A stretch of 64,000 nt of DNA from Octopus vulgaris (GCA_951406725.2 OX597824.1:52204001-52268000), one strand, 5' to 3'. Shown: positions 12,950 to 26,109, counted from the stretch's first letter. A program made the numbers and translations. The notes: a model not told the origin generated them from the letters alone.

Positions 12950-13848
12950 ATGTTTTTTCCTTCTTTCTTCAAATTTTCTTCCGTTTCTCGCCGAGTGTTT
13001 TCCATACACCTAGGGCAGAGAAGGGCATTGTATGCATTCCCAGATTACACGCGTAAATTCAAAGATAAAATATGTATTTAAAAATTAATAAATAAATAAA
13101 TTCATGGATGGATGCTATTTTCACAGCGATAGTGCTCTTCTCAGTACATGAGCCGTTCCAGTTAATACGAGTTTTTGCACTTCCTGTAGGGATGGTAAGC
13201 CTGGAATCATTTTGAAATAGGTTTCAGTTCCTTTTTTTATCATCCTAGAGATCCTACAATCACTGGTACTGTAGTCGCTTTGAGATGCCACATTTTTTCA
13301 ATTTCTATTAGCAGGTCTTCATATTTACTAATCTTGTCAAATTCTTTCGCCGCTATATTGTGATCACAGGGAATACTCATGTCAATTAATAAACACGTCC
13401 TTTTTGTCTGATCTTTTATAATAATATCCAGTTTATTAGCTTTTATAGTCCTGTCGGTCTGCACGGGGAAGTCCCATAGAATCGACACATTTTCTCCCTC
13501 AGTCACAGCTTCAGGATGATGTTTATACCATTTGTCAGCGGTTTTGATTTTATAATGCCGACATATTGTCCAATGTAAATACTGGCCGACTCTGTCATGT
13601 CTTGCTTTATAATCTGCGGGTGCTAAGACTCTACACCCTGAGATTAGGTGGTCTATTATTTCAATCTCATCGTTACAGAATCGGCATTTTGGGTCAGCTC
13701 CATTTTTCATCACATTGGCTTGGTAGTTCCGGGTTAATAAGCTTTGGTCTTGAGCAGCTAATTTGAAGCCTTCAGTCTCTGCTTTTAGCCCTGAACATCG
13801 TAACCATTGGTGCGTGTGTTTCTGGTCGACATCAGCTTGTTTGCTACG
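12950..13848 (-). mobile_element. R4/Dong-clade 3' fragment (CCHC + RLE domain)
   Basis: ORF 13240-13713: CRFC...HLISGCRVLA...RHDRV..YLHW...ILWDFPVQTDRTIKANKLDIIIKD...CLLIDMSIP...KISKY...VPVIVGSLG. Confidence 0.9.
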
Positions 13849-13890
<42 letters not shown>

Positions 13891-14458
13891 GAGGGAGCAG
13901 CGTATGCAACCAAAGTGACACTGGGGTACAAATATGCGAAGCCCAATATACCCATCATGGCTGCCCGTCTAATAAGGGTACACCAGGTCCATGCATCACA
14001 ACCATATGCGCGCAACATGGTGATCTCATATCAAGATAAATAGCGTATGACCTTGCAGGTGGGTCTCAGTTAGAATTTTCTTCAGTTAAGTAGCCCATCC
14101 CGCTCAAAAGGTCCCTGAGTAAGGATTGTTGAACAAAACCCCTATGATTCCAATGGTGAATTAGTTAAACCACAAAGAATTCCTCTCAATACATGGCTAT
14201 ATGCTCACCCACTACTTCTACTTGTGATCAGAGATGTACATATCGTTAGCCATGCTCAACTGGTTATGGTCATGCACATATCGCTAGACATGGTCAAACG
14301 TTTACGGTCAAGCAACTGACAACAAATCTGTGGTATTGAGCCGAATATTTGCTGTAGCCCATCTTTTATACTAAGAGAAAACAATGTACATGATAATATT
14401 TCCAATCACTTAAGATCAGAAGTCATGAGAGCCACTGCCTGGTACTGCATCACGGCAT
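13891..14458 (-). mobile_element. Probable ~570-bp non-coding retroposon inserted in (TAA)n
   Basis: Discrete GC-richer block bounded by TTA arrays on both sides, between Dong fragments; no coding signature. Orientation assumed from the TAA tail. Confidence 0.5.
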
Positions 14459-14497
14459 TTATTATTATCTTTATTATTATTATTATTATTATTATTA

Positions 14498-14740
14498 CAA
14501 TCACTTACCGAGACACACCCAGCGTCCTAAGGCAAATGAAGGATAAGAGAGGTTACAGTATGACTGAAAGCTTAGGGAGGGAAAGCGGCAGGGGTGGTAG
14601 CGAAATATCTTCATGTAATATAACACACACATTTAAGTTGATAGGGTTTTTTCTAAGTATGTGGGCAATACTTGTCAGAACAATCTTTTGGATTTCTCTG
14701 AGACATGGTTCTCCTGGGATATTATCTAGATGATTATGAC
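14498..14740 (-). mobile_element. R4/Dong-clade 3' end fragment (third subfamily)
   Basis: HLDNIPGEPCLREIQKIVLTSIAHILRK, then 3' UTR, then (TAA)n. Confidence 0.75.
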
Positions 14741-16127
14741 AACCCTCACCTCCATCATTCATGGTTCATCTGATGTGAACCCATTAATGTATTCAGAAAT
14801 TTGAAGTGGAGAAACAAAATGATCATAAAAGAATATTCATAATGGATAAGAAAATTGGGAAAGAAAGAATGAGGAGGAAAGAAAAAGATTTGTGATAAAA
14901 GAGTTGATTGAGGAGGAACTTTAGGTAATATCATATCTCACCTTTTTGACTCGTAAGTTTAACTTAATCGCAGCAAAAATTTATAAACTTAGACAGTTTA
15001 CAATGACTCATTCAAAGTTTCCACTCTTCGATACTTAGAACCTGTATAGTGACCTTAGTAATTATTTCTTTCCTTTGTGTTTGGTTAATTTTTTAATTAT
15101 CGTTTTATTTTGTTTATCTTTAAGTATACTCAATTCCATAATGTTAACGAGAATCTGAAAATTAGAGTGATTTCAAATTAGATTTCGCTTGTAAGCTATT
15201 TATTTTTTTTACACTGTGCTGATGGATGTTGGTAATTGAAAAAGAAAAGCACTTTAATTATAATTTTATTGAGGTATTATTTTAATAATCAATATAAACC
15301 ACATTATCAAATTTTGCTTCTTGTAGAATCTAATCTATCGCAAGCTTTCAGTGGCAGACTTAGTACAAGGACAACTTTAGAGCAAGTTCATCATTTTTTT
15401 CTCTAAACATTGTCGAAGTTACATGGACTGAGCAGGTAAAGAGATGGGAACGTGGTTTATGCATCGAACTTCTTGATTGTGAATTTGTGTGTTCAAATCA
15501 TCAGCTGATGTTTCTTGTATTTGGAGGCCTGACTTTTCATTATACGTTAAGTTAAATCAGCTACTTGCCTGAAATACGTTGCCAGAAGATTGCGGAATGA
15601 TTATATGTGATATTAAATTGATTAACTTAGCTAACCACGTTACTATGAAGCTTGAATAAATCTCAGTCTCTCAAGAGTATCTTCTAGAACATAGAAGAGA
15701 TTTGTTGCCGACTGATCCAACGAAAGGTATCTTTCAGTCTTAGCCACAGTACAATTGTAGTAAAGGGTTTCGAACTAGCCACACTTTGGCCTACAATCTG
15801 AATATATTTTGTTTCTACAAACTGTGACTTTCTCTAGAATACAGTAAAGTTAAGAGGCAATATTCAATTTTGTTTTTATCTTCCATTGTATGTAGCTGAA
15901 TACATCAACTGGTGCACATCGTTGATATTTTCAGAGAACAACTAATAGGGTGCGATACCTATACCTCCCAAGGAATGATATCGTAAAGGATATAAAGTAG
16001 ATTTAACATGGTTTTGAAACCGTTTATTGAATTTGGTTTTCAAGCATCTACATCTTATTTTAAAGTACACAATATTTTATAAAATAGAGAAAATAAAATT
16101 GCTGACACTTTTACTTTACCGAAAGAT

Positions 16128-16256
16128 TGGCATTTATTGGCACAAGGCTAAAAATTTCAGGCGAGGAGGCTGGTCGATGACATTGACTCCAGTGCTCAAC
16201 TGATACTTATTTAAACGATTCCAAGTGGATGAAAGGTAAAGTTGACCATGTCAGAA
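16128..16256 (-). mobile_element. 5'-truncated SINE A with 16-bp TSD
   Basis: TACTTTACCGAAAGAT at 16112-16127 and 16257-16272 flanks the SINE A body. Confidence 0.8.
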
Positions 16257-16741
16257 TACTTTACCGAAAGATATTGGTCGCGAGAAAAGTGAAAAGCTGT
16301 CAATTAATTGAAATTGACTGAAACTATGTCACGGTTAAGTTGGTTGTATGTTTTGGTGTATGTAACCTGTACAACAGACGTTATTATAAACTGAGAATAA
16401 TCAGAGCTTGTAGATTAACGGCATTTTCACAAATGTATTTATGTATTTCACATATTCGTGAAATATAAACAGAATTATAACATATTCGACTAGTAATAAT
16501 CAGTTAACCACCAATTAGTGATAAAACATGTTATTTCAATGGTAATAAGAAGTGTAGCAGAAACTAGAATATTCAAATTGCAGCTGTTGTTGTTTATCTT
16601 CATATCCAGTCCTAATCGAGCAGACGGAGGATGCTCAGCCGTCATCATCTTATCAAGAATTATAAACTTATTATATCTAAAACTATGCTATCTAATGTTA
16701 TTACCCATATTTAAGGCCGTAGGCTCTGTTTTGCAACCAGG

Positions 16742-17753
16742 TTGACCACATGATGGTACCCTCATTTGCTTGTGTGAATTTCTCAGAGACCTAAAGAACA
16801 GCCTACAAATGATTATTATTTGAGAATTATTTCTAATTTAGGCACAAGGCCAGTAATTCTGCGGGGAGGAATTTAGTCGATACCAGCAATTCTAGTACTT
16901 GACTGTTGCTTTATAGTATTGAGTCAGGAAGGATGAAAGGTAATGTATATCTCAGAAATATTGGAACTAAGAACGTTAAGACTCGGAACAAAACAATTTC
17001 CCGATGCTCTAGTCACAACTTTCACATAGAGAGTTATGGAAGAAGAGCATTCCGGATATTTTGAAGTACAAGAGACAAATTTTGTCGAAATGAGATACAC
17101 GATCAGCTTCACCGCAAGGATCCTCTAGCAGACTCCATGATTCATCAGAATCATGTAAGTTAGCTAATGCACTATTCAATGACAGTCCATGAATATGTTT
17201 CCATAATTTTTGTGTTTCACTAGAATTTGTCGCTCTGAAATTTCATTTTGGTCCGGGACACAACTGTATTCCACATAAAGAATGTTTAATATTCACAAAA
17301 ACACTGACGGAACATTTTGAAAGCCTTAGTAGAAGTTTTGCCTTAGAATTTTAGAGTAATACACAAGGAAGGCTTTAATTTCATATCATTAGTAGTATTT
17401 CTTCTTGATAAAAGCATCAAACGATATTTGGAAGCCTTAAATCTTGTTGTTCATTTTTCTTGTCGAGGAATAAAAGTTTTAACAGGTTTCAGTTTCCCGA
17501 AAAGAGCAGTTTCCTCCATAATGTATACCTCCAATATTTCTGAGATATACATTGCCTTTCATCCTTCCTGACTCAATACAATAAAGCACCAGTCAAGTAC
17601 TAGAATTGCTGGTATCGACTAAATTCCTTCCCGCAGAATTGCTAGCCTTGTGCCTAAATTAGAAGCAATTCTCAAATAATAATTATTTGTGGGTTGTTCT
17701 TTAGGTGACTAAGAAATTCACACAAGCAAATGAGGGTACCATCATGTGGTCAA
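16742..17753. repeat. Inverted duplication: ~224-bp arms (16742-16965, 17530-17753), ~565-bp spacer
   Basis: Arms are reverse complements with roughly 14 differences by eye; they include unique sequence plus part of a SINE A. Confidence 0.9.
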
Positions 17754-17899
17754 TAAAGTTTTACGGCTGCTCGGGATAATTTGTAGCAACCTCTCTACCA
17801 GCTCTGGCAGCTTCACCAGTCATATTAATGTTGTACAAAATCAAAAGCTTCTTAAATATTTCAAACTAGCTTTTACACAGAGACGTTTATAAACGTCTT

Positions 17900-18190
17900 T
17901 CCATACATGATCACATTGCAAAAATATTAAAGCTTGCAACATCTACAGTGAGAACAATATGTGACAATAGGCAGGAAATTAAATCAGCGCTCAAGAAGTT
18001 ACTATTTTATTTCTTGGAAGTTATTTTTTCATAGAACTAATATGATGTTTAAAAAGGGACCGCTCATAGGTTTAAAGATCGAGTATCGAACTGGACCTAA
18101 TGTATCGATAAGCAAATAAAATAGCCAAAAATTTCTATGACGTTTTGCAGAAAAAGAAAGTTGAAAATTATTTTCTGGTTAAACTAAAAA
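17900..18190 (+). mobile_element. Tigger/pogo (CENP-B-type HTH) transposase remnant
   Basis: 17909-17998 translates DHIAKILKLATSTVRTICDNRQEIKSALKK, like the N-terminal HTH of Tigger/CENP-B. Confidence 0.45.
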
Positions 18191-19612
18191 CGACCTTTAC
18201 AGAGAACGGACCTGGTACCTAGTGTATTACTTCTGGAACCACTATCGCTATCATGACCATCATATAAGCAGTGATTTGCCGAATATTGAACCTCAATGTA
18301 GACGCTCGATACGGTAGAAATAGAGACCAAATCTCTCTCATATTAGACACCGCGCTCTTGAAAAAGAAAGGTGACAGTGTACATTATAATCATTTATACA
18401 TGCGCGTGAGCACACACGCACACACACACACACACATACATACATATATGTACACATGTATGTATGTATGTATGTATGTATGTATGTATGTATGTATGTA
18501 TGTATGTATGTATGGATGGATGGATGCATGCATGGATGGATGCGTGTTTGACGTTATAGCCAATACCGAAACTTCTTTGATCACAGGTCTGCTTGATTAG
18601 CAGGGCTGACCTGGGGTTAAACATCACAACAATGATATCAATAGTAACTATGAATTATAGTGCCCTCCAAGCAGATCAGAAATTCACCAACAAGAAAACA
18701 CTCTCAGGACTACCAACCACCACTACCAGCAACCACTGCCCCCACACAGTAACAAAAGAACATACAAACAAAACTATTACTAACTCCCCAGCACCATTGC
18801 CATCACAGCGACATCAACAATAAATTGCAAAAACAACCAAAGAAAAATAAAACACATCAGCGTCACCCTTACAAGCACCAACTCCGACATTCCAGAACAA
18901 CTGACTATAAAATAAGCTTTACTACTCCTCTTCCACCACCTCCTCCTCCTCCTCCTCCCCCTACTACTACTACTACTACTACTATGATGGTGATGATGAT
19001 GACGACAGCAAACATCATCACCCCACACGCCCGCCATAAACCCTTGAAAACACAAGGACAACACGAAAGCAAGAATTATCTTAAACTATGACAGTAAGAA
19101 CAACATGAAAAACAATAGAAGCAGTAATGTTATAATTTATTATTCCCTTCACGAGATGTCCAATTCACATATGGTCGGCTGTCTCAATACAAATTGACTT
19201 TTCACTTTTACAAACACACTCACTCAAAAACGTCCCCACATATGCATAAATACGCACATACTCATTCAAACATGGCTGTTTATTATGTATGTGTGTGTGT
19301 GTGTGTGTGTATGTCTGCATGTACGTGAGAGGTTTATGCGCAGGTGAGTGAAGGTGTGTTTGTAAGTGTCTCTGCATGTCTTCCTCTCTCTCCCCTCTCC
19401 CTCTTTTCTCTCTCTCTCTCTCTCTCTCTCACACATACACACATAAATATATGTGTTTATATTTGTGTATGCATGTGTATGAGTAAAATAATAACTATAC
19501 ATGTACTGGCATACTATGTACATGTATGTATATATGTGTATGTGTATATGTGGGTATATATATATATGTATATATGCATACATATATATTTATATATATA
19601 TATATATATATT

Positions 19613-19683
<71 letters not shown>

Positions 19684-20809
19684 GTATATATATATATATA
19701 ATATATATATATATATATACCACATGTGTGTGCATACGTGTGAGTGCGCGTGCAGCCGTGTGTAAAATGCTTGTGCTTGTGTATCACACACACACACACA
19801 TTTATATATATATATATATGTATAGACACACTAAGCATCAATATACTAACGATCAAAAACACAGGTATATATAAGTCTCTCTCTCTCTCTCTTTGTCTCT
19901 TTCTCTCTGAGAGTGTGTCTTTGTGTCTGTATGAGTGTGCATGCATGTGAGTGCATATATGTACGCATGTATGTAACATTGATGAAATAAAGAAATAAAG
20001 ATTAAAAAAACAATTTGGTGGAGAACATGAAGACATAACTCTGTGAAAAGTCAAAAAAGCAGAAAATTAATTAAAGACTCATTGCTGCAAACGTGTTACA
20101 ACGAATGTCACTTGCCGACCGATCCTTTGTGAGTGCTAGCAGTGAACACAACACATTGACAAGTTTCTCCAACGTTTGTAAGTGACAAAAGGTGATGAGT
20201 TGTGTTTAACAACACACCAACCACGTCTATACAACAGTAGCAGTAGTAGCGGCGGCGGCGGCGGAGGTGGTGGTGGTGGTGGAAATAGAAGTGGTGGTGG
20301 TAGTGGTTTTGGCGGCGGTGGCGGCGGCGGTGGCATTTTTGGTTATGGTGGGGTGGGGGTGATAGTAGGTACCACTGCAAGTCTAGCTGAGGGAGATAGC
20401 TGGGCGTTAGTGTTTGACTTGTTTATCTAGGTGGGCTACGGTGTTGGACTTTTGGACTCTGAGGTTAAGCGTGATATGATCCAATTATTCTTCCATGCTT
20501 ATTGTTGTCAACATATGTGTAAGAGCGGGATAAAGGTGTGAAAATGTTCAGGCATATACATAAGCGAATGAGTATAAGTCTCATTTTTCAAATATAAACA
20601 TCATTAAAACCAAACAAGATTTTTTTTTCTTTTTGCGAGATTGTGACTAGAATATGTTGGGAATAGAGTGTTTACAGTACGTATATATAGTTAATATATA
20701 TGTATGCATATATATGGCGGTGCTCCAGCATGGCCACAGCTCGTGAGCTGAAACTAGATAAAATTAAAAATAAAAATATATATATATATATGTATGTATA
20801 TATATATAT

Positions 20810-21180
20810 AAGGTTAATCCAAACGAGAAAACAGAAAAAACAACAACACAAGGAGGTGGAACAATTAAAGTATTATTATTATTAGGCGCTCAGGAAAAAG
20901 GGAAGAAGGCGGGTATGACGTTTCGAGCGGAGCTCTTCGTCGGAAACATAAGAGAAAGAAAGATCCCGAGGCGGGCGAACGGAGGGAAAAAAAACGCGAC
21001 TGGTTTTTACGAAGTAAACATGCTGAAAGGCCGGAAGTTTTGGACAACAGGGGCAGGTTTTTAAAGACAGGAGAGCGGAAAAAAGAAGGTTGGTAACAAC
21101 TCGATGACAGGCGTAAAAGAAACCCAAGAAACACGCTGGCCCCAGATACGAACAAGAGATCTAGTCGGAACCCACGGACG
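20810..21180 (-). mobile_element. Penelope-like terminal-repeat fragment with degenerate hammerhead motif (~20925-20945)
   Basis: Minus strand CCGACGA-A-GAGC-TCC-GCTC-GAAAC-GTC; T-rich 3' end abuts (TA)n; stem I poor. Confidence 0.5.
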
Positions 21181-21189
21181 TGGTGCATG

Positions 21190-21712
21190 CATGTATGTAT
21201 GCGTGCGCGAACGCGCACATGCATGTATGTGCGCGCGCCTGCGAGTGTGTGTGGATGTGTGAGTGTGTCTATGTGTATGTCTGGGTGTCTGTGTGTCCGA
21301 TTGAATGTAAGTAAGTATGTGTGTGTATATGTGTGTGTATATGTGTGTGTATAGATGTATGTCCGTGTGTATGTGTGTGTGTATGTGTATGAGTGTGTAT
21401 GTATGTATGTGTGTATGTGTGGAAGTGTGTGTATGTGCATGTGTGTGCGCGTGCATGCGAGTGTGTGAGTAAGTGTGTGTGTGTGTATGTATGTGTGAGT
21501 GTGTATGTGTGTATGTCTGTGTGTATAGGGTGTGTGTATGTGTGTATGTGTATGGGTGTATGTATGTATGTATGTGTGTGTGTATGTGTGGAAGTGTGTG
21601 TGTGTATGTATGTATGTATGTGTGTGTGTATGTATGTATGTGTACGTGCGTGTGTGTGTGTGTATGCATGTATGCGTACATGCGTGTAGGTGTGCGCGTG
21701 TGCATGCATGCA

Positions 21713-21765
<53 letters not shown>

Positions 21766-21811
21766 ACACACATATATATATATATATATATACACATACA
21801 TATATACATGT

Positions 21812-21871
<60 letters not shown>

Positions 21872-21950
21872 ACACATATATATATATATAAATATATATA
21901 TATATACATACATATACATACGTACATATGTATGTGTATATATACATACA
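21190..21950. repeat. Long compound TG/TATG/TA microsatellite field
   Basis: Directly visible; source of the 200-360 aa pseudo-ORFs. Confidence 0.95.
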
Positions 21951-22543
21951 CAGGATCTAGTTGCCAGTATTTCAATAATTAAAGTTTATCGAAAAGTTTA
22001 CAATTTGGCACATTAATATACTTTTCCAAGCTGAATTGCTGGAATTATTTCACTTTTCCAGAAAAAATGTTTTAAAAAAGTTATAGAAGTTTATAATTTG
22101 ATCCTTTTCACCCAGCTAGGAAACAGGATTTGGGAGGTGTCATTTTGTGCGTGACTGCACGTGTTGTCAACATTTTGAAAACAACACGTGTTTTATATGA
22201 AACTGTAGACAAATCAAATCCCGCTTAATATCCGACTCATAACTTTTTTAAAATTTGGAGTTTTCAGAAATGTTTTGCGAATTTGAACTCTACACACGGG
22301 AATTCATTCGATTATGCAAAAACATTTTTAGTGGGGAGGGGCGTGATTTAAGGCCTATTTAGCTGTAATTGCTACTAACACTTTATTTATTGATTTATAG
22401 TGAAAATGATTTTCACGTCATTCGTTAGCCCATAAAAGTGCATCATTACACTGAATATGAAATCAATTCGAACAGAAAATGATGCCGGCAGCCAAACCAA
22501 CTGGATCCCACATGTGTGTGTGTATGTGTGTGCACGTGTGTGC

Positions 22544-22614
<71 letters not shown>

Positions 22615-22834
22615 GATAAGCCATTTAAGAAAAAGGATAGGATCATTGTCGGGAGATTAGACGACAGTCTAACACTTGTTTCTGCCTCAGTAGGCGTTAT
22701 CGGCAGGATAATTATCCTACCCTCTCTCTAACATCTAAGGGAGATAAGCATACACAAAAGAGTGGAGCGCATTTATGGCCTAGTTAATTTGCAAAAATTA
22801 ACATAAATTGCTCGGAGTGTTTGTGTGTGGGTAT

Positions 22835-23008
22835 TTCTTCTTCTTCTTCTTCTTCTTCTTCTTCTTCTTCTTCTTCTTCTTCTTCTTCTTCTTCTTCTTC
22901 TTCTTCTTCTTCTCCTTCTCCTTCTTCTTCTTCTTCTTCTTCTTCTTCTTCTTCTTCTTCTTCTTCTTCTTCTTCTTCTTCTTCTTCTTCTTCTTCTTCT
23001 TCTTCTTC
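22835..23008. repeat. (TTC/GAA)n trinucleotide tract, ~58 units with two CTC interruptions
   Basis: Directly visible polypyrimidine mirror repeat. Confidence 0.97.
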
Positions 23009-24076
23009 CAAACTGACCTGAAATATACTGTATACGCCTTCCCAAAAGAGAGTGGGGGAATCCGACTATGGAAAAACCTGAAAACACTGCCGCAGTTTCA
23101 GTTTTAAGTCGACTATTTTAAGTTGTTATTAAAAACAAGCGTCTTCCAGTAGCTATATTTTCGCCTACCCACCCTTTTAGCAATTTACTGGTACGCAGCA
23201 TTTGCAAAAATGACAATATTTAATGGTGGTACCCCAGCATGGCCAGAGCGTTAGGGCTGGAACTACTAAAACAGTGAAAATAAATTACCATTATTATATT
23301 GTTCTTGTTATTGTCATTGCTCTGTTTGTTATCAAACGCACCGTTTTACAACCAAATATGGGGGAAAGGGTCGAGATGTACGCTTTAACGATATGAACAT
23401 CAAACTAACGATTATAGGATGGGTGAATGTTTACTCTTCATTCTTTGATGTTTGATACATAACAACGAAGGACATCGATCGAGGATATCGATAGCAAACA
23501 AACGTCAATAAAATCAACAATACTATTAACAATAAATAATGTCGCCAACACTACCAGCTAACATTGTAAATGGCCATTACAAATAAGTTCAGCGAAATCA
23601 ACCCCATTAAAGACACCGTCACCAACACACCATCAATCTTGATATTGTCACCAACACCACTTCAACACCATCAACACCAGCACCACTAACTAACACTAGG
23701 ATCTGTCTAGGTGGTTGCTTGACTTGCTGAAAATAGCAGCCAAATTTCGCTGGCATTATATTCTGCTTCCCTAAGAAAGGAAGATCACGTTGCGTAGTGT
23801 AGTATAAACAAACAAAATATTTGACGATAGTATCAAAGAAGAAAATAATAGATGAAGTAGCCTTCATTTCACTGTTACAGAATAAAAACAACTGCTTTGA
23901 GTTTTACAAAACCTAGAAAAACACACCTAATCAGATTATAATTATTGCAACAAGCTGTGAAAGGTACTATCAAAATAAATAAAACATGAAGTTATGCTTG
24001 AAATAGAATCCAGGTATAGCAAGGTCATCTCTGCCTGCGCCCATGTAGTAAATGACCACATATACATACATGTATG

Positions 24077-24120
<44 letters not shown>

Positions 24121-24399
24121 TACGTACACGCACACACAGATATATATATATATATATGTGTGTGTGAGTGTGTGTGTATGTATGTATGTATGTAAATTAA
24201 ATCACTAAAAGTTAAAGTTTGGTCATATAGAGTCACCAATGGTTTCGCATTCTCGTAAACCGCAGCCTTGTAGACAGCGATGCCTGTATATTTAGCGGTT
24301 TAGTACGATAGTACTCTATTCTTTAGAGAGTGCTTTTTATTCACACACACACGCACACACATATATATATATATATGCCCACGCGCATAAACACACCCA

Positions 24400-25735
24400 T
24401 TCATTCAGAAGTATGTATTACATACAAGGATACCTAAATTATTCATGTCACGGCCTATAATCGAACTCGGAATTTTGGGGTTAGTAGCCCGCGCTCTTAA
24501 CCACTACACCATATGCTCGTGGGCAATTATGGAGTGAATTTTTTAGTGCTTATAAATCTAATATTTGCTTATCCTTCCTTAATATCGGTTCCCATATGCT
24601 AGTCATAGCTGCACTCAGTCTGCTTAGGAGGTTGTTGTGTCCTTGCATATGTGCTGCTTCTTTTAGTTTTTGTATTTTCCACTGGTGTTTTCTGTCTATT
24701 ATTTTAACTTCATCCCACAGGGGGAAGTGGTTTCCATTTTTCCATACATGATCAGCTATACCCGATTTATCATTATCTCCTCGTGTCACAGCTTTGCGAT
24801 GTTCCTCTACACTTTTTTTGAGGGGGAGGCATGTTTCACTTTTGTAATAACCTACCACAGCTGCATGGGATGAAGTACACGCAGTTTTTGATCATATTCT
24901 CTTCTATTGGTGGTTTTACCCAAAGGAGATATTTGTGATGAGTTGTATTACGCTTGAATACTGTCTTCATGTCATATAGGCTGCATATCTTTGTATCTTT
25001 TCGGAGAGGCCTTTCAAATAGGGCAGACAGACTGTAGACAGTTTATTAGTTTCATCCTCTCTCTTCTTCATAATTGGAGTAGAATGTATGTTTTGGGGGT
25101 AGTTGTTGCTTAATAGATTGTTACTGAATTTGATCATTTCTTCGTGGTGGGTATAACGATCGCTACTTATATTCTTTGCTCAATGTTTTAGGCACTGAGC
25201 AATCACTCTCTTTACCCTGAGCAATTCCTCTCAGTATGGATGGTGGGAATTGAAGTTAAGGTATCATCCAGTGAAGGTGTCTTACCGTATACGGATGTCC
25301 TGAATCCATACTTGGTGCGAGTTATTAATACGCCCAAGAATGCTAGCTGCTTATCTTTTTTCCTTTTCCATTGTGAACTGTATGGAAGGCTTTATTGAGT
25401 TCACATGATCTAACAGCATTTGGACATCTTCCTAGTGGGGCCAGAGAATAAATGTGTCATCAATATGTCGCAGCCATAGGTTTGGTTTTAGTGGTGTTGA
25501 TCCTAAAGCCAAATTTTCAAAGTATTCCATGTATATATTGGCTATTATCTGTGATAATGGCGAACCCAAAGCTAAACGCTCTTCTTGTCGATATATATCA
25601 GTGTCCATACTGAAATAGGTAGTTTCTACACGGAAGGTCAAAATTTCCATCAAGTTTCTTATTGGTATACTAGTGCGTTCTTTTAGATGGGTGTCTGTTA
25701 CTAGTTTTTCTTGAATCACGGATAGTGCTTCACCA
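24400..25735 (-). mobile_element. Penelope-like element (RT + GIY-YIG endonuclease), degenerate and 5'-truncated
   Basis: TYF...YRQEERLALGSPLSQIIANIYMEYFE...WLRHIDDTF (RT); NCVYFIPCSCG...ET...EEH...SGIADHVW...WDEVKIID...KEA (GIY-YIG). Confidence 0.9.
24448..24520 (-). other. tRNA-like (Pol III A/B box) module directly 3' of the Penelope ORF
   Basis: GAGCATATGGTGTAGTGGTTAAGAGCGCGGGCTACTAACCCCAAAATTCCGAGTTCGATT; no intact acceptor stem, so not called a tRNA gene. Confidence 0.7.
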
Positions 25736-26075
25736 GAACTGATCAAGCTCAGTAACAATCTATTAAGCAACAACTACCCCCAAAACACACTATCTACTCA
25801 AATTATGAAGAAAAGAGAGGATGAAACCAACAAACTGTCTACAGTAAGTCTACCCTATGTGAAAGGTCCCTCCGAAAAGATACAAAAGATATGCAGCCCA
25901 TATGACATCAGGATAGTATTCAAGAGTAATACATCTCGCAAATATCTCCTTTGGGTAAAACCACCAGTAGAAGAGAATATGATCAAAAATTGCATGTACT
26001 CCATCCCTTGCAGCTTTGGTAGGCCCTAAAAAATTCAATCCATAATGGCATACGGGCATATGGCGTGGTGGTTAA
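25736..26075 (+). mobile_element. Inverted partial copy of the same Penelope element
   Basis: Matches the reverse complement of ~24851-25140 (LSTVSLPYVKGPSEKIQKIC...NCMYSIPCS), then jumps to ~24497-24546; ends at (TA)n. Confidence 0.88.
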
Positions 26076-26109
26076 ATGTATATATATATATATATATATA
26101 TATTGATGT

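Noticed and set aside
20182-20430. Gly-rich ORF
   Set aside because: Derived from GGC/GGT repeats; no domain or exon support.
20865-21982. Long ORFs (216-360 aa) rich in YI/HT/CV
   Set aside because: Translations of TA/CA/TG microsatellites, which lack stop codons; the same applies to most entries in the ORF track.
22773-23107. Poly-R/E/S/L/F ORFs
   Set aside because: Six-frame readings of the (TTC)n tract.
24860-25435. In-frame TGA in the Penelope ORF as possible selenocysteine recoding
   Set aside because: TAG stops and frameshifts are also present; ordinary decay explains them.
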